Shown here one piece after another: positions 49,600-59,800 of a stretch of DNA of 64,000 bases. The position numbers and the translations under genes are program-made. Under the pieces are notes generated by a model. It was not told where the DNA came from. It was given only the letters and a program-made list of their open reading frames with translations, and ran no database searches. Position 1 is the stretch's first letter. Each line of letters opens with the position of its first letter. This DNA is from an uncultured Bacteroidota bacterium (GTDB lineage: Bacteria > Bacteroidota > Bacteroidia > UKL13-3): NCBI GenBank assembly GCA_903834625.1, contig CAILJQ010000002.1, positions 2,980 to 66,979 of the forward strand. The letters are read 5' to 3'.

Positions 49600-50925
49600 T
49601 TATTTGCTTGTATTAACTCCTATGCAATAATAATCGAAGCCTTGGTCTTTCATTTCTTCTTGATCATAAATATTTCTACCATCAAAAATCACCTTACTCT
49701 TCATTAATTTACCCATCACCTTAAAGTTTGGAGTTCTAAACTCAGGCCATTCAGTAACTATCAATAATGAGTCTGCATCAATTAATGCATCATTCGGATC
49801 TTTACAATATTCAATTTGCTCTCCCAAATCTTTTTTGGCTTCATGCATAGCTACTGGATCATATGCTTTCACATTAGCGCCGGCATGTAATAACTTTTCT
49901 ATAATAACCAATGATGGAGCTTCGCGCATATCATCAGTCTTAGGTTTGAATGAAAGTCCCCACATGGCAAAATTCTTTCCTTTCAAATCACCCTTAAAGT
50001 GTTTACTAATTTTATTGAACAACACACTTTTTTGATCTTCGTTTACATCTTCAACAGCCTGTAAAATGCGCATCGCATGACCATTTTCATTGGCCGTACG
50101 AATGAGGGCTTTTACATCTTTAGGAAAACAAGATCCGCCGTATCCAATACCTGGATAAATAAATCTGTTTCCTATACGTGGATCGCTGCCAATTCCTTTT
50201 CTTACAAGATTCACATCAGCTCCCATGATTTCGCATAGGTTGGCGATATCGTTCATAAAACTAATTTTGGTTGCAAGCATGGCGTTTGCTGCGTATTTTG
50301 TCATTTCGGCACTAGGCACATCCATGAAAATGATTGGATGACCATTTAGCAAAAATGGCTTATACAATTTGCGCATTACATCTTCGGCTTTTTTGGTTTC
50401 AACGCCAACCACAATTCTATCTGGCTTTAAGAAATCCTCAATCGCAGCACCTTCTTTTAAGAATTCAGGGTTTGAAGCCACGTCAAATCCAAGATTTAGA
50501 TTCCTAGCGGTCAATTCACCTTGAACTGCGTTTCTAACTTTCTCTGCAGTACCAACTGGAACAGTACTTTTTGTTACTACTACAATATAATCATTGATAT
50601 GCGAACCAATTTCTTTGGCTACACCCAAAACATACTTTAAATCTGCTGATCCATCTTCTCCTGGAGGGGTTCCAACAGCAATGAATGCCACATCTGCATC
50701 AGCCAAATTCTCTCCTAAATTGGTAGAGAAGCTTAACCTGCCTTTTTCATAATTTCTGAGCACCATTTCTTCCAACCCAGGCTCGTAAATAGGCATAATC
50801 CCTTTTTTGAGGTTATCAATTTTCTTTGCATCAACATCAATGCATACTACATCAATACCTACTTCGGCAAAACATGTTCCGGTTACTAATCCAACATAAC
50901 CTGTTCCAATTACTACAATTTTCAT
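49600..50925 (-). CDS. ugd: UDP-glucose 6-dehydrogenase
   Basis: [24 protein letters not shown] and FDGRN; TAGTTTTG promoter element at 50958-50965 (minus strand). Confidence 0.95.
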   Translation of the reverse strand: MKIVVIGTGYVGLVTGTCFAEVGIDVVCIDVDAKKIDNLKKGIMPIYEPGLEEMVLRNYEKGRLSFSTNLGENLADADVAFIAVGTPPGEDGSADLKYVLGVAKEIGSHINDYIVVVTKSTVPVGTAEKVRNAVQGELTARNLNLGFDVASNPEFLKEGAAIEDFLKPDRIVVGVETKKAEDVMRKLYKPFLLNGHPIIFMDVPSAEMTKYAANAMLATKISFMNDIANLCEIMGADVNLVRKGIGSDPRIGNRFIYPGIGYGGSCFPKDVKALIRTANENGHAMRILQAVEDVNEDQKSVLFNKISKHFKGDLKGKNFAMWGLSFKPKTDDMREAPSLVIIEKLLHAGANVKAYDPVAMHEAKKDLGEQIEYCKDPNDALIDADSLLIVTEWPEFRTPNFKVMGKLMKSKVIFDGRNIYDQEEMKDQGFDYYCIGVNTSK

Positions 50926-51089
50926 TATCGGCTTTTAAATAAGTGTTACAATATTGGCAAAACTACCAAAGGCTTGTAGGGGTAGAAATTGCTAAGGGCG
51001 AAAATATAAAATAAACACAAAATTGTTTAATTAAATATACAATACTGTTTTTTTTTTTAAATAGCCTTAAATCTCCCATATTTGTTGGA

Positions 51090-51869
51090 ATGAGTAGGAT
51101 ATCATTTATTATTATTTTGTTGGTTTCTTTCCTTGTATTGGGAAATGAATCAAAAGGACAAAATCCCGACAAATACTTGTTTAGCAACAAAATTTTCAAC
51201 CTTCAATTTTTGTACAATTACCACGTACCTTCTGGCGACATTGCAAAAACTTACGGAAATTTCAACAGTGTTGGCACAGGTGGTATGTTTAAACTCAAAA
51301 ACAATTGGGTTTTCACAGGTGAGTTCAATTACGTTTTTGGGGCTGATATCCTTAAAACTCAATTATTCGACAACCTTATAACAAGTGGAACAAATGGTTA
51401 TATAAGCTCCATTGGGGGAGCTCCTGCCAATTATTCTGTTAACATGCGCGGCTATACAGGATTTGTGAAAGGTGGACGATTGTTTGCATGGAATAAACAC
51501 AACATGAACTCCGGTATTATGGTTAATGGAGGTATTGGGTTTATTCAACATAGAATTAATATTCAAACCCAGCAAATAGATATTCCGCAATTAGACGTTA
51601 ATTATAAAAAAGGATATGATAGACTCAGCAGTGGTATTGCCTTGAGCGAGTTCATTGGCTATACTTACCAAAGTCAAAACCGATTAATTAACTTTTATCT
51701 TGGACTTGAATTTATCCAAGCAAGAACCTTCAACAGAAGAGGGTATAATTATGATGAAAGAGCATTCGACACAGGTGTAAAAAAAGATTTCACTACCTCC
51801 TTCAAATTTGGATGGATGATTCCAATATATTTGAACACAAAAGAGGAAAACGAATTCCTATTTAGATAA
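51090..51869 (+). CDS. Hypothetical outer-membrane beta-barrel protein
   Basis: Signal peptide, Gly/aromatic alternating strands. Confidence 0.7.
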   Translation: MSRISFIIILLVSFLVLGNESKGQNPDKYLFSNKIFNLQFLYNYHVPSGDIAKTYGNFNSVGTGGMFKLKNNWVFTGEFNYVFGADILKTQLFDNLITSGTNGYISSIGGAPANYSVNMRGYTGFVKGGRLFAWNKHNMNSGIMVNGGIGFIQHRINIQTQQIDIPQLDVNYKKGYDRLSSGIALSEFIGYTYQSQNRLINFYLGLEFIQARTFNRRGYNYDERAFDTGVKKDFTTSFKFGWMIPIYLNTKEENEFLFR

Positions 51870-51870
51870 A

Positions 51871-53133
51871 ATGTTGTACTTGTTGGGGCATTTTTTGTAT
51901 TGGGTAGGAACCAAATTGTATTTCATTTTGGTTCAATTATTTGCCCCTTTTAACCATAGGGCCAAAGATTTGTTAGATGGTCAAAAGGGTTTAATAAAAC
52001 ACATCCAAAAAGCAGAAAATGAGCATCAACAAAAGTGTGTTTGGTTTCACGTCTCATCCTTGGGTGAATTTGAGCAAGGCCGACCAGTTATGGAAGCGCT
52101 TAAAGCAAAATATCCTCAATATAGGTTAGTAGTAACCATCTTCTCCCCTTCTGGTTACCATGCGCGCAAAAATGATTCCCTCTGCGATGCCGTTTATTTC
52201 CTTCCCTTCGAATCAAAAAAGAATGCCGAACTTTTGGTTCAAACCTTTAAACCAGTTGCAGCTGTTTGGGTGAAATATGATTTTTGGTTCGCCTACTTAC
52301 ACGCTTTAAATAACCACCATATTCCAACATTTTTAATAGCTGCCCAGTTTAGGCCAACCCAAATTTTCTTTAAACCTTTTGGCGTTTTTAAAAGAGATTT
52401 ACTCAAACTCTTTACCCATATTTTTTGTCAAAATCAATCCTCTTTGTCTTTGCTCCATAGCATAAACATTCATCAATCTACAGTTAGTGGCGATAATAGG
52501 TTTGATAGAGTTTTTCAAACAACTTTGCACAAGGAGCCCGTACCATTTGTAAGTGATTTTTGCAAAGATTCTTTCATACTTATTGCTGGAAGTTCTTATG
52601 CCATTGAAGAGAACATGCTTCTTTCAATTGACTGGAACCAGACCAATAAAAAACTCATTATTGCTCCACATTTTGTTCAAGAAGCAAGAATTGTAGAAAT
52701 AGAAAAAAAATTCGGTGACAAATGTGTGCGCTATTCCTCCATACAACAAATAGGTTCAGTGCCTGTCCACAAAAATATTCTTATCATAGATAGCATAGGT
52801 TGGTTAAGCAAACTATATCAATATGCTCACGCCGCTTTTATTGGAGGTGGATTTGTTGAAAATGGACTACATAATTGCTTAGAGGCTGCCGCTTTTGGCA
52901 TGCCTATATGCTTTGGTCCAAAACTTAAAAGATTTCCTGAAGCACAGCTATTGGTTCAAGAAAAAATTGCCACGTGTATTTACCAAGAAAACGATTTTAC
53001 CCAATGGTTCAATATCTTGGAAAATGATAAGATAACCACTCAAGAGACTGCCTTAAAGAGTAGAAATTTTGTAGCATCCTCTATGGGTGCAACGGAGAAA
53101 GTAATGCTTGAAATCTCAAGGATCCTATCATAA
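51871..53133 (+). CDS. waaA: 3-deoxy-D-manno-octulosonic acid (Kdo) transferase
   Basis: WFHVSSLGEFEQ, KYDFW, GDNRFD and GGGF...HNCLEAA. Confidence 0.92.
   Translation: MLYLLGHFLYWVGTKLYFILVQLFAPFNHRAKDLLDGQKGLIKHIQKAENEHQQKCVWFHVSSLGEFEQGRPVMEALKAKYPQYRLVVTIFSPSGYHARKNDSLCDAVYFLPFESKKNAELLVQTFKPVAAVWVKYDFWFAYLHALNNHHIPTFLIAAQFRPTQIFFKPFGVFKRDLLKLFTHIFCQNQSSLSLLHSINIHQSTVSGDNRFDRVFQTTLHKEPVPFVSDFCKDSFILIAGSSYAIEENMLLSIDWNQTNKKLIIAPHFVQEARIVEIEKKFGDKCVRYSSIQQIGSVPVHKNILIIDSIGWLSKLYQYAHAAFIGGGFVENGLHNCLEAAAFGMPICFGPKLKRFPEAQLLVQEKIATCIYQENDFTQWFNILENDKITTQETALKSRNFVASSMGATEKVMLEISRILS
52236..52245. repeat. Dispersed near-palindrome copy 11 (GGTTCAAACC)
   Basis: Exact motif inside waaA (encodes LVQT). 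Confidence 0.75.
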
Positions 53134-53136
53134 AAA

Positions 53137-53334
53137 CTACTTTCTTCTTTTTGCTCTTTCTGCGTCTAAATAATTCTTAAGCGAATCTGTTTTCACGTCC
53201 TGTATAGGAGAAGGTTGTGCAATAGTAGATTCTGGAGATTTCTCTAAAGTGGTTTTCTTTTTGTTTGCCATGCAAGCCACAAAAAGACTGTTAATGGTAA
53301 ACCACAAAACGCATACTTTGAATAACTTTTTCAT
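53137..53334 (-). CDS. Small putative lipoprotein
   Basis: MKK n-region, hydrophobic core, FVA-C, basic tail; overlaps the upstream gene by 44 bp. Confidence 0.55.
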   Translation of the reverse strand: MKKLFKVCVLWFTINSLFVACMANKKKTTLEKSPESTIAQPSPIQDVKTDSLKNYLDAERAKRRK

Positions 53335-55147
53335 TATCGATTAAGTTTACAAAATAGATGCCATTTTCAAGATTAGCGGTATTTAAATGCAATTGGTTCA
53401 AACCGGGCTTAGCTAAATCTGCCCCCACCATGGTTCTTACTTTACCATCTATACTCATCAACTCAATGTATAATACCTTCTTTTCCTTCATTTCAAACTC
53501 TAAGGTTATGGTTTCAGAAGCTGGGTTAGGGTACAATTTACCTAATGGTTTTTCGGTCTGAACCGAGGCAATGCTGGTAAGTGGATCATTGCTTGTAATT
53601 TTAGCAATCCAAGTTCTGTTTTGATTATTGGCATTTCCAAATGAACCATTTAACCATGCAACCCCTGTTTCATTGTATCGCTTTTGTATGCCCGTATAAT
53701 CGCCCCAACGTTCAACAGAGTCAAATAACAACTGAATATTACCATCCCCCTTTTTCACAAAAACCGGTGCAGATACATTAAATTTCCTATCAACATATAC
53801 TACTGATGTTCCGGGAAAATATTTAGGAGACACATGAGAAAAGGTAATCATGCTACTATGGTCTCCATTTTGTCCTGAACCTACATAGGCAATGCTTGGA
53901 TAACCAAAATCTAAAGTATCAGAGGAAATAATACTTCCCTCTAATCTTGGCGTGGCCGACCAAATTTCATGAATTCTTCCAAAATAAATGCCCGGGTTGA
54001 ACCGAACTGGATCAATGGTATTACCTACATAATAAATTACACCACCTTCATACATGGCGCTTAACACACGGGCATCATTGGTTTGTAATTTCTTTCCATT
54101 TGGTTGAATGGCATTTGGCTGCAAACCATAAGGAACTGGGTTACGAAGCACCCTTGTGGTTAATGTGGCAGGACCAGATTTTATGGTATTTGAAATGGTA
54201 TGAACAAAAACTGTATCATTGCTCAAATCTGATGGTCTGTGTGATAAAAAGAACATCTCTGGACCATACAATTGAGAACCTCCTTTGGCCGGACAAATAC
54301 TCCATACCGGTTTGCCATTGTATGTAATGTTATTGTATACTCTCTGAGGTAAAGAATCTCCTGCATATCCCTTTTCTTTATCAACTTGCCAGATATATGA
54401 TTCTATGAAACCATTCTTCCAAAAAGTATTATCCTTTAACCTATTCACGGTAATAAAAAGTTCATCTTTACTAAGGGCAATAATTGGGTAATCACTCCAA
54501 CTGCTATCACCGGTTATATTGCCAGGAATTTGATAAAGGTTCCAAGTTTTACTTGGGTCGTTTGTGGTAGAAAAGCCTACAATAATTCTGGTATCAGCAC
54601 TTGAAGAGCCTTGTAAGTAAACAAGAATAAACCTATCGCGCAAAGGGTCATAAATAGTACGTGGGTCGTAGGTTCGGTTCAAACTTCCTAATGCCACTCC
54701 AAATGCAGAAAGTGTTTTAGCAATGATGGCTTTTCCTGTATCATTAAATACATTCATGTTAGTATTCACACAGCTAATCATCATGCCATTGTTACCTATA
54801 CAAAAATCGTTATCATTGGGTGTTCCTTGGGTAATATTGGCTGCAAAATTTCTACCCACAGATGGTGCATCTGCACTTGCTTTTTTGTTTGAGTTGGGTG
54901 TTGGGTTTGCTAAAATCCGCTGACGATCTAAAAGCAGCTTTTTTTGCTGCACATCGCTTAGCGGTGAAGGAGCAGCTTTTACTTGCACAATATTGGCAAT
55001 AGGCAAATCAGGTAAATCGGCCAAATTGATTGTAGCCGCTAAAGGAGTGGTTAACTCTGTAACTTTGTAGTTAAGTTCTTGTTTATCCTGGGCGGAGGCA
55101 AATAAGACTGGTACCAAAAACAAAAGTATGCTGTATATATATTTCAT
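53291..55147 (-). CDS. Hypothetical secreted protein with T9SS type A C-terminal domain
   Basis: Signal peptide ending ASAQ; YDP, WSDYP and RWGDYTG motifs; LYPNPA...LENGIYFV. Confidence 0.85.
   Translation of the reverse strand: MKYIYSILLFLVPVLFASAQDKQELNYKVTELTTPLAATINLADLPDLPIANIVQVKAAPSPLSDVQQKKLLLDRQRILANPTPNSNKKASADAPSVGRNFAANITQGTPNDNDFCIGNNGMMISCVNTNMNVFNDTGKAIIAKTLSAFGVALGSLNRTYDPRTIYDPLRDRFILVYLQGSSSADTRIIVGFSTTNDPSKTWNLYQIPGNITGDSSWSDYPIIALSKDELFITVNRLKDNTFWKNGFIESYIWQVDKEKGYAGDSLPQRVYNNITYNGKPVWSICPAKGGSQLYGPEMFFLSHRPSDLSNDTVFVHTISNTIKSGPATLTTRVLRNPVPYGLQPNAIQPNGKKLQTNDARVLSAMYEGGVIYYVGNTIDPVRFNPGIYFGRIHEIWSATPRLEGSIISSDTLDFGYPSIAYVGSGQNGDHSSMITFSHVSPKYFPGTSVVYVDRKFNVSAPVFVKKGDGNIQLLFDSVERWGDYTGIQKRYNETGVAWLNGSFGNANNQNRTWIAKITSNDPLTSIASVQTEKPLGKLYPNPASETITLEFEMKEKKVLYIELMSIDGKVRTMVGADLAKPGLNQLHLNTANLENGIYFVNLIDNEKVIQSMRFVVYH
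53395..53404. repeat. Dispersed near-palindrome copy 12 (GGTTCAAACC)
   Basis: Exact motif in the CTD-coding region (encodes GLNQ). Confidence 0.75.
53555..53564. repeat. Dispersed near-palindrome copy 13 (tcGGTCTGAACCga)
   Basis: Exact motif in the linker before the CTD (encodes SVQTE). Confidence 0.8.
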
Positions 55148-55167
55148 GTAATTGTGTGTTATTAATA

Positions 55168-55605
55168 TTATTCAACTCGCTTCCAAGTTTCACTTCTCCC
55201 AATAAGTGAAATGCCCACATAACCTCGAATTTGAAGTGAATTCTTATCAGTCATGGTCATTTTGCATGAATAGGTAGTTCCACTAGTAGCATCATAAATT
55301 TTGCCATTCTGCCAATACTTTTCCGAGGCATCAAATGTAAATCCGGTTAACATCAAAAGTCCCTGAATCTTTCTATTCCTTTTGGTGGGATCTGGATTTT
55401 TATCATCTAATTTAGGATTTCCTTTTTCGTCCAAAGGTTTATCAATCCAAACAAGGTTGCCATAAAAAAACTCACCCGTTCTAAAAATTTTAATTTTACC
55501 AGTAGCTTTTGGGTTGATCCAAACACCCACAACATCATCAGGATTTTGTGCTTGAGATAAAAGTCCAAACACCATAAAAATGAAGGCAACAATGAGTTTT
55601 TTCAT
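55168..55605 (-). CDS. DUF2147 family exported protein
   Basis: Signal peptide, D.KNPDP, W.NGKIYD..SG.TY and RGYVGISLIGRS.TWKR. Confidence 0.9.
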   Translation of the reverse strand: MKKLIVAFIFMVFGLLSQAQNPDDVVGVWINPKATGKIKIFRTGEFFYGNLVWIDKPLDEKGNPKLDDKNPDPTKRNRKIQGLLMLTGFTFDASEKYWQNGKIYDATSGTTYSCKMTMTDKNSLQIRGYVGISLIGRSETWKRVE

Positions 55606-55647
55606 AAGTCAAATTGGTTTAGGTATTTCGAAATAAACGAAAGTATT

Positions 55648-56682
55648 TTACTTCACCAATATAGAAAAGCTTTGTACAGGTAAAATTCTCCCTATAGGCT
55701 CATTAATAGGAATTCCCTCTCTTACAAATAAATCCTGAACTTGAGACAAGTATTCTTCTCCAACGCTTATCAATAATCCTCCACTTGTTTGAGGATCATT
55801 CAATACTTGAAAAGCCGACATATCTGTTAATCCAGAAACCTTCTTTTCAAAGGCATTCCAATTTCTATAGGTATTATCTGGAATAATATTTTGCGAAAGG
55901 TATTGCCCCAAAAAAGGAAGTTGTGGCACATGCTCATACACCAATTCAGCTGAAAATTCAGTACCACACATTTCAAGTAAATGTCCCAATAAGGCAAATC
56001 CTGTAACATCGGTTAAAGCATGCACGCCTTTTATTGCCGAAAGTTGTTGACCAACTTTATTCAACTTGCACATGTTTTCAATTACAAGCTTTACATGCTC
56101 TTCTTGCGCCAGTCCGCGTTTTATAGCTGTTCCCATAATTCCAGTACCCAAAGGTTTGGTAAGGAATAAATAATCGCCCACTTGAGGGGTATTGTTTCTT
56201 TTTAAATGCGCCACAGATACACTCCCAGTGACTGTTAAGCCGAATATGGGTTCTTTGCTATCAATACTATGTCCGCCTGCAACCGGAATACCTGCTTCAG
56301 CACAAATGCTTCTTGCGCCTTCTAACACTTTACCTGCTAATGGTAATGGCAGCGTTTCCATAGGCCAACCCAACAAGGCATTGGCAAATAAGGGTGTTCC
56401 GCCCATGGCATAAATATCACTTATGGCGTTAGCACTAGCAATTCTTCCAAAGTCAAATGCATCATCCACAATAGGCATAAAAAAATCAACCGTATTAATA
56501 ATGGCTGTTCCATTTCCCATATCCCATACAGCAGCGTCATCATTGCTATCGTTTCCAACCAGCAAATCTTTAAAACTGCTTCCACTTCTTTCACTTAATA
56601 TTTTTTCGAGATCAGCTGGGGCAATTTTGCATCCACAACCAGCTTTGTGTGAATATTGAGTTAAGTGAATTTTCTCCATCAT
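55648..56682 (-). CDS. selD: Selenide, water dikinase (selenophosphate synthetase), Cys form
   Basis: LTQYSHKAGCGCKI, DDAAV, DFFMPIVDD, GGHSID, TDVTGF and DPQTSGGLL. Confidence 0.96.
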   Translation of the reverse strand: MMEKIHLTQYSHKAGCGCKIAPADLEKILSERSGSSFKDLLVGNDSNDDAAVWDMGNGTAIINTVDFFMPIVDDAFDFGRIASANAISDIYAMGGTPLFANALLGWPMETLPLPLAGKVLEGARSICAEAGIPVAGGHSIDSKEPIFGLTVTGSVSVAHLKRNNTPQVGDYLFLTKPLGTGIMGTAIKRGLAQEEHVKLVIENMCKLNKVGQQLSAIKGVHALTDVTGFALLGHLLEMCGTEFSAELVYEHVPQLPFLGQYLSQNIIPDNTYRNWNAFEKKVSGLTDMSAFQVLNDPQTSGGLLISVGEEYLSQVQDLFVREGIPINEPIGRILPVQSFSILVK

Positions 56683-56728
56683 AGCTGTTTATTTAAGGCG
56701 GTAAGATAGTATAAATTTAGGTTTATTC

Positions 56729-56738
56729 GGTTTGAACC
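56729..56738. repeat. Dispersed near-palindrome copy 14 (GGTTTGAACC), intergenic
   Basis: Exact motif between the rpoC terminator and the selD start. Confidence 0.8.
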
Positions 56739-56755
56739 AAAGGATAGGATCAGGC

Positions 56756-56792
56756 AAAAAAAATCCCGTCCAACAATTGTTGAACGGGATTT
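56756..56792 (-). terminator. Rho-independent terminator after rpoC
   Basis: Minus strand AAATCCCGTTCAACA-AT-TGTTGGACGGGATTTTTTTT. Confidence 0.85.
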
Positions 56793-56812
56793 ATTATGAA
56801 ATAAATCGAGTT

Positions 56813-59800
56813 TTATTCTTCTTTCGAAGCCATCAACATTTCGAATTCTTCTTTTGAACCTACCACGAGTTTTTCGTAATCGCGGTGACCAGTACCAGCA
56901 GGAATTAAGTGACCAACAATTACGTTTTCTTTCAAACCTAACATACGATCTACTTTTCCAGAGATAGCGGCTTCGTTCAACACTTTGGTAGTTTCCTGGA
57001 AGGAAGCAGCACTCATAAAACTGTGTGTGCCCAAACTTGCCTTGGTAATACCCATGATAATTTGAGAAACAGTAGCAGATTGCGCGTCTCTTACTTCAAC
57101 CACTTTCAAATCTTTACGTTTCAATTGTGAATTTTCATCACGCAATTTACGCACGCTAATAATCTGACCTGGTTTAACGGTAGCAGAATCGCCTGATTCC
57201 ATCACCACTTTCTTGTCGTAAATCCAGTCATTGGCTTGTTTCAAATCCCAACGACTTACAAATTCACCTTCCAAGAAGGTAGTATCACCTGGATCTTGAA
57301 CCTCTACGTGTTTCATCATTTGACGGATGATTACCTCAACGTGTTTATCGTTGATTTTTACACCTTGCAAACGATAAACCTCCATGATACCATTTAAGAT
57401 ATAACGTTGTACAGCTAAAGGACCTTCAATTCTCAAAATATCCTGTGGTGAAATTGACCCATCAGACAGAGATGAACCTGCCTTCACGAAGTCGTTTTCC
57501 TGAACCAAGATATGTTTCGACAATGGCACCAAATATTTCTTTTGTTCACCATCTTTTGAAGAAATCATGATTTCGCGGTTACCACGTTTGATACCTCCAA
57601 AAGTAACAACACCATCAATTTCTGTAACAATTGCCGGGTTTGATGGGTTACGTGCTTCAAATAATTCTGTTACACGTGGAAGACCTCCGGTGATATCTCG
57701 GGTTTTTCCAACCACTCGAGGGATTTTCACCAAAATTTCTCCGGCTTTAATCTTGTGGCCATCTTCAACCATGATGTGTGCACCTACAGGTAAGTTGTAT
57801 TCTTTGGTAGTTTTATCTTTACCTTCAGATACAATGATAGAAGGAATTTTAGTCTTATCTCTCGATTCAACAATTACCTTTTCTTTGTGACCTGTTTGTT
57901 CATCACTTTCTTCTTTGTAGTTGACGTTTTCAATAATATTTTCAAAACTTACCTTACCAGTAAATTCAGAAATAATTACTGCGTTGTATGGATCCCAGGT
58001 ACAGATAGGTCTTCCCTTTTCAACCTTCTCACCGTTTTTCACTTTTAAGTGAGCACCGTAAGGAATGTTGATGGTGATGATTGGATTACCTGTTTTCTCG
58101 TCCATGATACGGATTTCTCCCTGACGACCGATAACCACTGTATCAAAACCTTCTTCTGTTTTCAAGTCTGTGGTACGAATTTCTTCAAACTCTAATGTAC
58201 CCGCAAACTTAGCCACCATTTGAGATTCAGAAGCAATGTTAGAAGCGGTACCACCCACGTGGAAGGTACGAAGTGTAAGCTGTGTACCAGGCTCACCAAT
58301 TGACTGAGCGGCAATTACACCAACTGCATCTCCAATTTGTGACGCACGACCGGTAGACATACTTCTACCATAACATTTGCTACACACACCATAGCGTGTT
58401 TCGCAAGTTAATGCCGAGCGAATTTCTATAATCTCTAATGGAGATTCTTCAATTCTTTGTGCATGTTCTTCAAAGATTTCCTCACCAGAGTTGATGATTA
58501 AATCACCTGAAATTGGATCGTAAATATCATGAACACTTGTTCTACCTAAAATACGCTCGTACAAGGTTTCTACAACCTCTTCATTGTCTTTTAGGGCACT
58601 AATTGGAATACCACGTAAAGTACCACAATCGTGTTCGCTTACTACCACGTCTTGAGCTACGTCATGTAACCTTCTAGTAAGGTAACCTGCATCCGCAGTT
58701 TTCAAAGCGGTATCGGCCAAACCTTTACGCGCACCGTGAGTAGAAATAAAGTATTCAATTACTGAAAGACCTTCTTTAAAGTTAGAAAGAATTGGGTTCT
58801 CAATGATCTCTCCGGTTCCACCACTCAAATTCTTTTGTGGTTTTGCCATCAATCCCCTCATACCACCCAACTGACGAATCTGCTCTTTAGAACCCCTCGC
58901 ACCAGAATCCAACATCATGTATACTGGGTTGAATCCTTGTTGGTCTTCTTTTAATTGCTTTAACAAAGTATCAGCCAAACGAGAGTTGATACGTGTCCAG
59001 ATATCAATTACCTGGTTGTAACGCTCATTGTTTGTAATGAAACCATTGTTGTAGTTATCCCAAATTTCATCCACTTCAGCTTGCGCTTGCTTAATAAACT
59101 TCTCTTTCTCTGAAGGAATATTTACATATGACAAGTTAAACGACAAACCTCCACGGAAGGCATATTGGAATCCTAAGTATTTGATATCATCTAAGAAAGC
59201 GGCACAAAGATCTTGACCAACTTCTTTAAACATATTACCAATGATATCACGTAATGATTTCTTAGTTAACAATTCATTGATATAACCATGCTTAGCTGGA
59301 ACTACCTGATTAAACAGGATTCTTCCCATAGTTGTTTCAATAACTTTGCTTACCAATGTGCCATTTTCCATTACATTTACACGACATTTTACCCATGCAT
59401 GTAAAGCTACTTTACCTTCATTGTATGCAATAATTGCTTCTTCAGAAGAATAGAAAGTTAAGCCTTCACCTTTTATAGGAAATTCTTCGGTAGTTTTACG
59501 GCCTTTGGTAATATAGTACAAACCAAGAACCATGTCCTGTGAAGGAACCGTAATAGGTGCTCCGTTTGCAGGGTTAAGGATATTATGTGGCGCAAGCATC
59601 AACAATTGGGCTTCCAATACAGCTGCGTTTCCAAGTGGAACGTGAACAGCCATCTGGTCACCGTCAAAGTCGGCATTAAAACCGGTACAAACCAAAGGAT
59701 GTAATTGAATTGCTTTTCCTTCAACCAATTTAGGTTGGAATGCTTGTATACCTAATCTATGGAGTGTAGGGGCACGATTCAATAGAATCGGATGTCCTTT

